This document shows positions 1 through 9,400 of a stretch of DNA of 38,489 bases, in pieces. The stretch covers positions 1 to 38,489 of the forward strand of contig JAAFKI010000136.1 of the NCBI GenBank assembly GCA_021399345.1, given 5' to 3'. Made by a program: the position numbers and the translations under genes. Source of the DNA: Candidatus Heimdallarchaeota archaeon. GTDB taxonomy: Archaea; Asgardarchaeota; Heimdallarchaeia; Heimdallarchaeales; Heimdallarchaeaceae. The number at the start of each line of letters is the position of its first letter. The stretch's first letter is position 1. The notes beneath the pieces are model-generated. The model was not told the DNA's origin. It worked only from the letters and a program-made list of their open reading frames with translations, and did not search any database.

Positions 1-312
1 GGTTTCCTAAATAAGCTCTCTGGATGTCAAAACGAGGAGTATAGATTAAACTCTAGGTGCACCTCTTTTCCAATTCTGTTTGGAAATCCGGAAAAAATGG
101 GCTATAATAATCTTTGGGGAAATTTGGTATCTTCAACCCGAACAAAAGAGAAACAATGGTTTCTACTAGAATTTAATCAATGTCTACTACTTCAGAGTGA
201 AAAATTTTTTCATCAACTTAGGTGGATAATAGATGATATCAATAATGGAAGAGAAATATTAGGGTTTGTTGTTAGTTTTGATAAAGAAACTCTAACTATC
301 ACCAATAAGTGA
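1..312 (+). CDS. Hypothetical protein, probably 5'-truncated by the window edge
   Basis: Frame +1 is open from base 1 (GFLNKLSGCQNEEYRLNSRCTSFPILFGNPEK) into the listed 97..312 ORF and ends at TGA 310-312. No recognisable motif. Confidence 0.55.
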   Translation, partial: GFLNKLSGCQNEEYRLNSRCTSFPILFGNPEKMGYNNLWGNLVSSTRTKEKQWFLLEFNQCLLLQSEKFFHQLRWIIDDINNGREILGFVVSFDKETLTITNK

Positions 313-367
313 TTTTCAAGAAGCATGATGGAAAAAGTTCAAAACAGACCGTACAAATACAATATTA

Positions 368-2887
368 ATGGTAAAAAGAATACGTCTAGCTAGGCGTCTT
401 GCGATATACATCATTCTAATTCTAGTCATTATGATGGTTTTGATAAATGGATCCATTATTCTAATAATGGAATTAAGACTTCAAAGATTATCCCAAGAAG
501 CTTCAGAGGAATACTTACAGGCAAAAATACAGAGCATGGATGTTTCTACCTATCAATTTGTTCAATCTTTTGATCATCTTGTGGGAAGTTTAAAATCAGA
601 ACTTAATAATACTGCTTTAACAATTGCCAATAAATATTACTCATCAGAAGCAAGTAATCTTTATGAGCATAGTTTTCTTGCTTTTAATAATTCGGATCAA
701 ATAGCTTACATTAATGGTACCATAGATATGAATGTCGATAGAGAGAGCTCTATAGGTTATTATGATTATGATGGTAATGGAATTAATGATTTTGAAACTA
801 CAGGCTGTTCTGTTTTTGGAGATATTGAGTCACAACTAAATATTTCTGGAGAATTTTACTTACAAATAAACGCAACATTTGAGGGTGAACTTTCTAATGA
901 AAGCAGTATCTTAATTTATGCTCATAAGAATAACGAAATCTTTTCGTTCGACATTATAGATTATTATAATTCATTTTATTCTAACTATTTCAGCAATCAA
1001 TTCCTAGACCAATGGAATCACGGTCTCTACACCTTTCCAACAGGTTTGGATGATGAACTCTCACAGCTTGAACCAGACTATTTAGAAACATATTTTCTAG
1101 TCAAAGAACCCTACACAAATGAGAATTGTTCTATAGTTTCTTCTGGATTAAAATCTCGAATAGAAGGTTGTATTAATGGTTCATTATCTGGACAGTTTGC
1201 TGGATTGTTAAGAGGAAAATTTAACGGTACAGCTTCAGGTTATATTGATACTAGACCCAAAGAAATGTATGACTTTATGATACCTTTATTGAACCCAGTT
1301 TTGCAATGGGTCTATTTTGCTACTCCTAACTATATTCTGATTTTTCCATGGTTTCCAGATTATGGTGGATCTTTTTCAATAGGACTGTCAGCAGATTTTG
1401 ATTGGACACAGAGACCTTGGTACAATCAGTTGCTTCAAGCTGAAGAGGAATCAACGAATAAAGGAATGGAAAGTCATTTTTCAGATTTAGGGGTTGATTA
1501 TGTACACCAGAATATCTTCATATCTTTAGGACAAGCAATTTATACAGATACTAATGATTTTCAAGGATTTTGGGTTCTAGACTTAAACCTTGATTACTTG
1601 ATGAATACCCTAGAGTTAGATCTTACAGAAGATGATTACTCTCTGATTATAAATTCAGATAAAGAAATACTCTTATCTCCTCATTATGCTGCGAATATTT
1701 CACGAAAACCTAAAGAAGATTTTCCAACTGAAAATATGGCTGATTATGAAAACATTGAATTGCAATTATGTGTTGATGATGTATTGAATTTTCAGTCAGG
1801 ATATAGAATTGTGACGCATAATGAAGTAGTCTATCTAGTGATATATCATCCTATTTTCTCTATTCCTTGGTTTATGCTTCACTTTTCTCCATTAGACTTA
1901 GTAATGGAGGATTTTGATCCAATATTGCTAACAGTTAGAAACAATATTAGATTTTTAGAGGTTATTTTGATAGGCGTTTCAATTACCACCATAGCGGTTG
2001 TAGGTGCTATTTCATTATATTTTGCTGTTAGTTTCACAAATTATGCTGTAACACTTCTCAATGGAATGAAAGCAATATCTGATGGAGACTTTAGTGTAAC
2101 CTTTGACCTTTCTAAGAATACGCGTGTTCACGAAGTAAGTGAAGTATATTTTGCATTTGAAGAAATGTCGCTTAAATTAGATGAGTCAATAAGAAAAGAA
2201 AAAGAATCAACACATTTAGCAGAACTTGCAATGGATCTTTTTACACATGATTTAAGTAACTATCATCAAGCCATTCTTGGCTACTTAGAGCTAGCGTTAA
2301 TGCAAGATGGGGATTCTGAAGAATCCACAAAACTGATAGAACAATCCATAAGAGTACTCAAAAGAGCAGATGAAGTTAAAGACAGAATTCGAAAAATAGG
2401 TGGTCTAGAAAAATCAGCAGAACCTTTTGTCAAAAGAAAATTAGACACATATATTAATAATGCAATTACTACTCTAGAACAAACATATCCTAATTACAGT
2501 ATTAATGTGAAAAAGGATTTTGATACTGAAATTGAAATTTCTGCAAACGAATTCCTTGAGGATGTGTTCACTAATATTTTTGAAAATTCAATACAATTTG
2601 CGAAAAATCAGCAGATGAATTTCACTGTTTCTGCATCAAAAACAAGGAGTCAACAAAAGATTTTCTGGGAAATTGCTATTGCAGATGATGGAAAGGGTAT
2701 TTCTGATGAAAGAAAACAACAGATTCTTGATAGTTTTCAGACCGGACAAAGAATCAGAGGACTAGGCATGATGTTAATCTTTAGGATTGTTAAAGAGTAT
2801 GAAGGGTCTATAAAGATACAAGATAGAATAAAGGGAGATTATACTCAAGGAGCGAAAATAATCTTTACTATTCGAGATTACGAGTAA
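368..2887 (+). CDS. Membrane sensor histidine kinase (TM - dCache-like - TM - HAMP - HisKA - HATPase_c)
   Basis: N-terminal TM; FDWTQRPWY Cache motif; second TM; HAMP (MKAISDGDFS..EVSEVYFAFEEM); H-box FTHDLSNY; N-box FTNIFENSIQF; G1 IADDGKGI; G2 GLGM. Confidence 0.93.
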   Translation: MVKRIRLARRLAIYIILILVIMMVLINGSIILIMELRLQRLSQEASEEYLQAKIQSMDVSTYQFVQSFDHLVGSLKSELNNTALTIANKYYSSEASNLYEHSFLAFNNSDQIAYINGTIDMNVDRESSIGYYDYDGNGINDFETTGCSVFGDIESQLNISGEFYLQINATFEGELSNESSILIYAHKNNEIFSFDIIDYYNSFYSNYFSNQFLDQWNHGLYTFPTGLDDELSQLEPDYLETYFLVKEPYTNENCSIVSSGLKSRIEGCINGSLSGQFAGLLRGKFNGTASGYIDTRPKEMYDFMIPLLNPVLQWVYFATPNYILIFPWFPDYGGSFSIGLSADFDWTQRPWYNQLLQAEEESTNKGMESHFSDLGVDYVHQNIFISLGQAIYTDTNDFQGFWVLDLNLDYLMNTLELDLTEDDYSLIINSDKEILLSPHYAANISRKPKEDFPTENMADYENIELQLCVDDVLNFQSGYRIVTHNEVVYLVIYHPIFSIPWFMLHFSPLDLVMEDFDPILLTVRNNIRFLEVILIGVSITTIAVVGAISLYFAVSFTNYAVTLLNGMKAISDGDFSVTFDLSKNTRVHEVSEVYFAFEEMSLKLDESIRKEKESTHLAELAMDLFTHDLSNYHQAILGYLELALMQDGDSEESTKLIEQSIRVLKRADEVKDRIRKIGGLEKSAEPFVKRKLDTYINNAITTLEQTYPNYSINVKKDFDTEIEISANEFLEDVFTNIFENSIQFAKNQQMNFTVSASKTRSQQKIFWEIAIADDGKGISDERKQQILDSFQTGQRIRGLGMMLIFRIVKEYEGSIKIQDRIKGDYTQGAKIIFTIRDYE

Positions 2888-2894
2888 TTTTTAT

Positions 2895-3200
2895 TTACTC
2901 GTTTTGTTTCTCTTTTTCCTCTTTTCTTTTGTTATAATCTCTAACATCTTCCCTTAAATTATTAAATAATGGAATAACAACAAGAACGATAACAACTAGA
3001 GTAAGAACAATGCTGAATATTACCCAAGGAGTTTCAAGGATTCTCTTTCCCAGCCATAAGTCTCTAATACCTAATGCTGCAACAACTACCCATAAAATAG
3101 CTATAGATGAGAGGAGAAGATATTTACCTAACTTAGCTAGCTTTTTCTCAGTTTCACTTGCTTGAATATCTTCAGCTTGTGTTCCTTCAGTTTCAGACAT
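2895..3200 (-). CDS. Small two-TM membrane protein, unknown function
   Basis: 101 aa with two hydrophobic helices and charged termini; fills the gap between flanking genes. Confidence 0.75.
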   Translation of the reverse strand: MSETEGTQAEDIQASETEKKLAKLGKYLLLSSIAILWVVVAALGIRDLWLGKRILETPWVIFSIVLTLVVIVLVVIPLFNNLREDVRDYNKRKEEKEKQNE

Positions 3201-3336
3201 AGGTTGGGAAAATCTTGTGGTTTCTTAACTTTTTGGATGAATGCTGAAAATCATCAGTTTCAAGTTAATAACAAACTAATTCATAAGTAAATCTTTAAAA
3301 ATTATTTTGATAAGAGAAAATCGAAGGTGTTACACC

Positions 3337-4401
3337 ATGAGCTACGAAATAAATGAAGAATTCTTAAAAAAATTAGTAACAACACCTAGAGCAACTGGCT
3401 ATGAATTTCCCGCTCAGGTTGTTGTGAAAACATATCTAGAAAATGAAGTAGATAAAGTTAAAGTAGATAATGTGGGCAATATTTATGCTATAATTAATCC
3501 TGATAGTCCTTTCAAAATTATGCTAGCAGGTCACATTGATCAGATTGGTTTTCAAATCTCTCACATTGATGATAATGGTTATCTCTGGTTTCATCCTCTA
3601 GGTGGATTTGATACTACAACTCTTCCAGGGAAAAGAGTAAGAGTCATATCAAATAAAGGTGAATTTCTAGGAGTAATTGGGAAAAAAGCTATTCATTTAA
3701 TGAAAGCTGAGGAAAGGAAAAAAGCTCCTGAAATGGAGAAACTTTTCATAGACTTGGGTTGCAAGGATAAAGAAGAAGCTCTTAAGAAAGTGGATGTTGG
3801 TGATTTCGCAGTTTTTGATTATGGTTATCAAAGATTAGGCGATAATAATTACGCGGTTGCTTCTGGTTTTGATGATGCTATAGGATCTTTTATTGTTGCA
3901 GAGATTATGAAAGAGTTATCCAAAGACAAAAGCTTCTTTGCTGGAGTATATGGCGTATCTACTGTTCAAGAAGAGATAGGTCTTAGAGGCGCACATATAG
4001 CTGCAGAGAAAATCAAACCAGATATTGGGATTGCGTTTGATGTTGGTTTTGCTGCTGATGCTCCTGAAATGGAGAAAAAGCAACTTGGAGATACAAAATT
4101 AGGTGGAGGGCCAATAATTTCTATCGGACCAAATTTCAATCCTGTTGTTGTAAGGAAAATATTTGAACTTGCAGATAAGATTGAAATACCATATCAAAAG
4201 CATGCTGCTCCAAGAGGAACAGGAACTGATGCTAATGCTATTCAACTATCAGGTGCTGCTACAGCTTTGCTAGCAATTCCTAACAGATATATGCATACAG
4301 CTTCTGAAATTATTAGTCTTGATGATGTGAAAAACATTATTCAGCTTGTAGTTGCTTTTATAAAATCGATAAAGGAAGGAGACAGTTTCTTACCTCTTTA
4401 A
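3337..4401 (+). CDS. M42 family metallo-aminopeptidase (TET/Frv-like)
   Basis: Motifs AGHIDQIG, GFDDAIG, STVQEEIGLRGA, AFDVG, GTGTDA, PNRYMHT. ATG 3337 preferred over TTG 3307 because AAGGTG lies just upstream and a TTTAAAA box is at 3294-3300. Confidence 0.93.
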   Translation: MSYEINEEFLKKLVTTPRATGYEFPAQVVVKTYLENEVDKVKVDNVGNIYAIINPDSPFKIMLAGHIDQIGFQISHIDDNGYLWFHPLGGFDTTTLPGKRVRVISNKGEFLGVIGKKAIHLMKAEERKKAPEMEKLFIDLGCKDKEEALKKVDVGDFAVFDYGYQRLGDNNYAVASGFDDAIGSFIVAEIMKELSKDKSFFAGVYGVSTVQEEIGLRGAHIAAEKIKPDIGIAFDVGFAADAPEMEKKQLGDTKLGGGPIISIGPNFNPVVVRKIFELADKIEIPYQKHAAPRGTGTDANAIQLSGAATALLAIPNRYMHTASEIISLDDVKNIIQLVVAFIKSIKEGDSFLPL

Positions 4402-4415
4402 TCTCCTCTTTTTTT
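4402..4415 (+). terminator. Putative archaeal oligo-T terminator after the M42 gene
   Basis: TCTCCTCTTTTTTT immediately follows the stop codon, between convergent genes. Confidence 0.4.
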
Positions 4416-5250
4416 ACTCTATCAGCATAGTATAATCAAAATTCTTTACTGAGTGCGTAAGTGATCCTGAGGATATTAGGTCTACTCCTTCTAATGCATA
4501 ATCTTGTAGATTTTCAAGATTAATGTTACCTGACAATTCGATCAACACATCCTTCTTAATTGACTTGATTTTTGGAATTGTCAGTTTTATTAGTTGGGGA
4601 GAAAAATTGTCTAACATGATTATATCCACACCAGCTTTAGCTGCTTCCATAGCTTGCTCTTCATTTTGAACCTCAACCTCAATTTTCTTACTGAAGCTAG
4701 TGATCTCTTTAGCTTTTGTAATTGCTTCTGTGATTGACTTGAAGCCTCCAAGATGATTTTCTTTAAGTAGAATCATATCAGATAGATTGAACCTATGAGT
4801 ATCTCCTCCACCTGCAACAACAGCATATTTATCATATTTCCCTAAACCAGGAACTACCTTTCTTGTTGCACAGATTTTCAATTGAGGATTTATTTCGTGA
4901 GCTATTTCAATCATTTTAGCTGTTTGGGTAGCAATTCCTGATAATCTTCCAAGAATATTCAAAGATACTCTTTCAGCTTGTAACAGATTGTGTATATTTC
5001 CATCAAAAGAAGCAACAGCTGTTTTCTTTGATACTTTCTCTCCCTCTTTTACCAATATATCCAGTTTTGACCCTAAAAACTCAAAGATTCTTTTTATGAA
5101 GATGAGACCAGCAACAACTCCTTCTTGTTTTGAATAGATTTTTCCTTTAGCATTCGTACAAGGTAGAAGTGAAGTTGTAACATCCCAGTAAGGTATATCT
5201 TCCTCTATCCACTTCTTAATATCTTCATCAACTAAAACTAGGGGTATCAT
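4414..5250 (-). CDS. nadC: Nicotinate-nucleotide pyrophosphorylase (carboxylating), quinolinate phosphoribosyltransferase
   Basis: ED..DVTT, ERVSLN, SGIATQT, ATRK, HRFNLSDMILLKENH, IEVEV, IMLDN and SGNI motifs; lies downstream of nadA. Confidence 0.96.
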   Translation of the reverse strand: MIPLVLVDEDIKKWIEEDIPYWDVTTSLLPCTNAKGKIYSKQEGVVAGLIFIKRIFEFLGSKLDILVKEGEKVSKKTAVASFDGNIHNLLQAERVSLNILGRLSGIATQTAKMIEIAHEINPQLKICATRKVVPGLGKYDKYAVVAGGGDTHRFNLSDMILLKENHLGGFKSITEAITKAKEITSFSKKIEVEVQNEEQAMEAAKAGVDIIMLDNFSPQLIKLTIPKIKSIKKDVLIELSGNINLENLQDYALEGVDLISSGSLTHSVKNFDYTMLIE

Positions 5251-5268
5251 CCTTTTTTAACTCTCTGA

Positions 5269-6294
5269 TTAGTATTTCAGCATATTGCTAACAGCTCTGT
5301 AAGCTTTTTTACGAACTTCTTCATCTAATTCTATAATATTATCGTCTGTTGGCTTTTCGAGAGCTTTCCAAATCGAGAAAAGATCATTTCTCTTCATGCT
5401 AATGCATATCATTTTACTATCCTCAAAATGGATATCAGGATATTCAATTTTCATTCTGTCAATGAACCCTTGTTCGGTTAAGAAAAGAACCTTTTCATCT
5501 TTTGGAGCTTTGGCTGCATACCTGTGCATATCCCCTGTTCCCCCTACAAAATCTACAGAATCAATAATTTCAGGTCGGCATTCAAAATGAGCAAGAGTTT
5601 TTGTATTGTCATCAAGAATTAATTGTTCCAATCTTCTGATTGTGAGTGCATTGTGAGTTCTACAGGAACCTGGCCAAGTTATAATCTTTTTACCAGTAAT
5701 TTTTGCTAAATTATTTCCCATGTTCTCATCGGGAATAAATATGACAGTGTCTTCTTCCAAACTATCTGTGATTTTTCGAGCATTAGCTGAGGTACAGCAA
5801 ATATCTGACTCAGCTTTTACTTCTGCGCTTGTATTAACATAGCAAACAACAGGTGCTCCTGGATATTCTTCCTTAAGTTTTCTAACATCTTCACTTGTTA
5901 TTGAATCTGCTAGAGTACAATCTCTTCCTATTGCTGGAACTAAAATTAACTTCTCTGGATTAAGAATCTTCACAGATTCTGCCATAAAATCAACTCCACA
6001 GAAAAGAATTCGTTTCTCTCTAATTTCAGTTGCTTTCTTAGCAAGAGCAAGCGAATCACCAACAATGTCTGCAATTCCAAAAACAATATCAGCTGTTTGA
6101 TAGGAATGAGCAAGTATCTTGAATCCTCTTTCTTTCTTTAGTTGGTTAATTTTATATGTAAAAGGAGCAATTGATTCGCAAGCATTTTTAGTCCATCCTA
6201 GAGGATTCAATTTTGTAAATAATCTATCAACTTCTTCCTCTAGTAATCCAAACTCCTCACTTCTTATTTCAGGAGTTTCTTCTACAACCACCAT
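5269..6294 (-). CDS. nadA: Quinolinate synthase A (4Fe-4S)
   Basis: LAHSYQ, GDSLAL, FCGVDFMAE, YVNTSAEVKA, CTSANA and AHFEC motifs; Cys-containing motifs DCTLAD, SCRTH and CISMK. Confidence 0.96.
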   Translation of the reverse strand: MVVVEETPEIRSEEFGLLEEEVDRLFTKLNPLGWTKNACESIAPFTYKINQLKKERGFKILAHSYQTADIVFGIADIVGDSLALAKKATEIREKRILFCGVDFMAESVKILNPEKLILVPAIGRDCTLADSITSEDVRKLKEEYPGAPVVCYVNTSAEVKAESDICCTSANARKITDSLEEDTVIFIPDENMGNNLAKITGKKIITWPGSCRTHNALTIRRLEQLILDDNTKTLAHFECRPEIIDSVDFVGGTGDMHRYAAKAPKDEKVLFLTEQGFIDRMKIEYPDIHFEDSKMICISMKRNDLFSIWKALEKPTDDNIIELDEEVRKKAYRAVSNMLKY

Positions 6295-6604
6295 CTCAAC
6301 CGAACTACCCTTTTATGAATTGTATTTAAAGACTGTTTGATTAAGGTCAAAATTGAACTTAAATTTTTAATAGAAGCCTTGAAACTCAAGAAAAATGCAC
6401 TATTGAAGTAATTTCTAGTATAGTATAAGCAATAATTGCCTATTATTCTTAAAGGAAAAGCTTGAAGAAGTATGTTTGAGTGCTTCTAAGCTCATTTATG
6501 TATTGGCGATATGTATATTAAGAGCATCTAAAATTTGGTTTTCTGTGGATAAATATAAATAAACATTTATCATTAATAATAAAGTAAGGAATGTAGATGA
6601 AACC

Positions 6605-7651
6605 ATGATTTTGGCTCTATATGTGTCCAATGATTCTAACTCACAAAAGTTTGCTGGAATAATAAAGGAGACGCTTCTTGAAATTAATCCAGAAGTTGAA
6701 ATCATTGAATTCGAAGATGAAGAATTGAATGAAAACAATTGGGAAAATCAGATGAAAGATTTCTCAACACAAAAAGCAAACTGCATCATCTCAGTAGGCG
6801 ATGCAGGTACATTTCTTAGAGCTATTTTTCTTTCAAGATCATCAGTTCCAGTTGTTGCTGCATCGTCTGAAAGCGTAAGTTTCTTTACTGAAATAAGTCC
6901 AGTTAATCTTCAGTATACCTTAACAAGTATCCTGAATCGAAAATATGATGTCGATAACTATCATAGAGTAGTTTTTCTAGATTCTGGAAATGGTACGCCA
7001 ATTCCTGCACTAAATGAGATAGCTATATTCCCAAAAGATTCAGCACTTTTAATGAATTATACATTAATAATAGATAAGAATCAGCTTTATAGAGGTAGAG
7101 CTGATGGACTAATTGTGTCTACATCTTTAGGAAGTACAGGTTATGCTCTCTCATCAGGCGGTCCTATAGCTTTTGGAAACCCAGATGTTCTGATTATAGT
7201 TCCAGTTAATCCATTGAATAAAGAACACATTCCTTTGGTAGTTCCAATTGATTCAGAGATCAAATTGGTAAACTTGCGTTCAAGATCTCCTCTGGAAGCA
7301 ATAATTGATGGGCAAATAAGAATAGGTATCGATGAGGAAGTATTAGTTAGAAAATCGTCCTCAACAGCTAGAATTATACGATTTCATGCTAAGAAAAACA
7401 TACTTGCTAAACTAAGAAATAGATTAGTTGAGTTAGATCTGAGAACTTTAGAGCGTGTTCCTCCTTCTGCAAAATATATTTTTAAATTGCTTTTAACTGA
7501 AGGAGAAATGACACAGAAAGAATTGATTGAAAGTACAGGATTACCTAATAGAACTGTTCGTAATGCTCTATCTATTCTCAAAGAGAAAGGGGTCATTAAT
7601 CAAAGACCTCATCTACGAGATGCTAGACAATCAATCTATTTTGTTGACTAA
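6605..7651 (+). CDS. NAD kinase family protein with C-terminal winged helix-turn-helix
   Basis: NADK motifs ALNE, DGLIVSTSLGSTGYALSSGGP and IIDGQ; the GGDGT motif reads GDAGT; C-terminal PPSAKYIFKLL..MTQKELIESTGLPNRTVRNALSILKEKGVI..RDARQSIY is a MarR/TrmB-like wHTH. Confidence 0.88.
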   Translation: MILALYVSNDSNSQKFAGIIKETLLEINPEVEIIEFEDEELNENNWENQMKDFSTQKANCIISVGDAGTFLRAIFLSRSSVPVVAASSESVSFFTEISPVNLQYTLTSILNRKYDVDNYHRVVFLDSGNGTPIPALNEIAIFPKDSALLMNYTLIIDKNQLYRGRADGLIVSTSLGSTGYALSSGGPIAFGNPDVLIIVPVNPLNKEHIPLVVPIDSEIKLVNLRSRSPLEAIIDGQIRIGIDEEVLVRKSSSTARIIRFHAKKNILAKLRNRLVELDLRTLERVPPSAKYIFKLLLTEGEMTQKELIESTGLPNRTVRNALSILKEKGVINQRPHLRDARQSIYFVD

Positions 7652-7750
7652 TAGAATAAACTAGGGTATTAACAATTTATCAGAAAGGTTATCAAGATTG
7701 TGAATAATTCTAATCTCTTCTTCTTTAATGTGATTAGCACTATCAGATTT

Positions 7751-7810
7751 TTTAAATAGAGATTATAACAATAATATAGGGAAGAGCAATAAAAAATTAA
7801 TTTGAGAGGA
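7751..7810 (+). promoter_or_regulatory. Putative TATA box and ribosome-binding site of the GTPase cassette
   Basis: TTTAAATA at 7751-7758 and GAGAGGA at 7804-7810, ahead of ATG 7816. Confidence 0.4.
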
Positions 7811-7815
7811 TTTCG

Positions 7816-8508
7816 ATGAATTTGCTGGAACCATTAGTGATGAAGAAAATTACCATTTTAGGAACTACTGGTTCAGGAAAAACAACATTTTTGGAAGCAC
7901 TTTTTGGTAATATTGAAAAAAATGATGTTGCACGAAGAATATTTAGAGAAATTGGGGATAATCTAGATTTCACTCCATTAAAGTATAACAATTTCACTTC
8001 CAGTACAACAACAATCTCACTGAATGTTGTAAATTCAGTACTAATATTGACACGTTTCAACAAAGTTATTTTGAAGAAATATGATCAAGTTGAAACATAT
8101 GATTATGAATCAATTGATTCAGCATTTCAAGTAATTTTCAATGATCCAGCTGGTCAAGAAAGATTTGATTTTATGCAAGAAATAGCATTGAAAGGTTCGG
8201 ATCTTGTTATTATAATGGCTGATGGTACAAATATTTCCTCTTTAGAGAAAATACTTCATTACTTAGAAATGGTCCAAATGGAAGAGGTTAGAAAACAAAG
8301 AAAAATTCCTGTTCTTATTTTCATAAACAAATCAGACCTGCGAGGTAAAGGGATTTATTTGGGGAAAGAGGTAGCTGAAAGAGTAGTTTTTTCATCTATT
8401 ATCGATAGGGAGTTAGTTTTCTATGAAACCTCTAATTTGGATGCAAATTGCTATGAATTACCCTTAACAATCATTTTCAATTATCTTGCTATGCAAGCAT
8501 ATCTTTGA
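7816..8508 (+). CDS. Small Ras-superfamily GTPase (Rab/MglA-like)
   Basis: G1 GTTGSGKTT, G2 STTTISLN, G3 DPAGQERF, G4 NKSD, G5 ETS. Confidence 0.92.
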   Translation: MNLLEPLVMKKITILGTTGSGKTTFLEALFGNIEKNDVARRIFREIGDNLDFTPLKYNNFTSSTTTISLNVVNSVLILTRFNKVILKKYDQVETYDYESIDSAFQVIFNDPAGQERFDFMQEIALKGSDLVIIMADGTNISSLEKILHYLEMVQMEEVRKQRKIPVLIFINKSDLRGKGIYLGKEVAERVVFSSIIDRELVFYETSNLDANCYELPLTIIFNYLAMQAYL

Positions 8509-8548
8509 ACTTCTTCAGACTAACTAAATCTTTATCTATTTTGAACGT

Positions 8549-8932
8549 ATGATTTTGTTGAAGGAAATGAAACAGATTAAACAGCTTACTTTCAACATTA
8601 CTCAAAGTAGGCGTATTAAGAACTATGCTCAAAAGAATGACCTTCATGAAAAAGTGTTACTAGCTAGATATAAAGATATTATGCACACCATATACAAAGC
8701 TTGGGTGAAAAACCTACAAGAAAATCCTGAGTTGCAATTTAGAACTTTCTTTCTAGACATTATGAAATATGCAGAATTTACTTCTAGACTAAAAGAAAGA
8801 AAAGAGGATCTTATCAAAATAAAGAATCATGTTGGAATCTTAGAGGATGCAATCAAAGAATATAAACAAGATTATGCAAAAATCATCAACATTGAACAGA
8901 TCATTAAAGGCTTTGAGGAGGGTGGCATGTAA
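8549..8932 (+). CDS. Hypothetical helical protein
   Basis: 127-aa ORF co-directional in the cassette; its stop overlaps the next start (TAATG). No known motif. Confidence 0.8.
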   Translation: MILLKEMKQIKQLTFNITQSRRIKNYAQKNDLHEKVLLARYKDIMHTIYKAWVKNLQENPELQFRTFFLDIMKYAEFTSRLKERKEDLIKIKNHVGILEDAIKEYKQDYAKIINIEQIIKGFEEGGM

Positions 8933-9381
8933 TGAAAATAGGTACAACTCAATATAATGTTAAATTTAAGGATAAAATTCCTTGTGAGGATGAAGAAATT
9001 CTTGCGAGTGACCTTGCATATTATCTCTACTACTTTGATTTTATCCCCGAAGAGATCATTAATTGGAATATGGAGGATCTTAATGCTAAAAGAAAGCAAG
9101 AAGAGGAGATTTTCACCGAGTTAAGTAAGGAATATTCCAATTTGTTCGGAACATATGCACTAATCAGACAAAAAGCCAATGAACTATATGTAGGAAATAG
9201 AGTTATTGCTCTTACTCTGGGTTTGTTAAGACTAAAATTAATTGAATTAAAAGAAACAGGGAAAGATTTATCCTTAGATTATGATGAATCTATAAAGCAA
9301 ACTGAATATTTTATCTACAGATATCTTACAAAGAAACAGGACAAAAGATTAGTAGAACAAGTCGTTTTTGATGAAAGATAG
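8932..9381 (+). CDS. Hypothetical helical protein
   Basis: 149 aa; strong SD-like GAGGAGGGTGG at 8915-8925; coupled to the upstream ORF by TAATG. Confidence 0.82.
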   Translation: MKIGTTQYNVKFKDKIPCEDEEILASDLAYYLYYFDFIPEEIINWNMEDLNAKRKQEEEIFTELSKEYSNLFGTYALIRQKANELYVGNRVIALTLGLLRLKLIELKETGKDLSLDYDESIKQTEYFIYRYLTKKQDKRLVEQVVFDER

Positions 9382-9400
9382 AATGGATATTTTCCAGATA

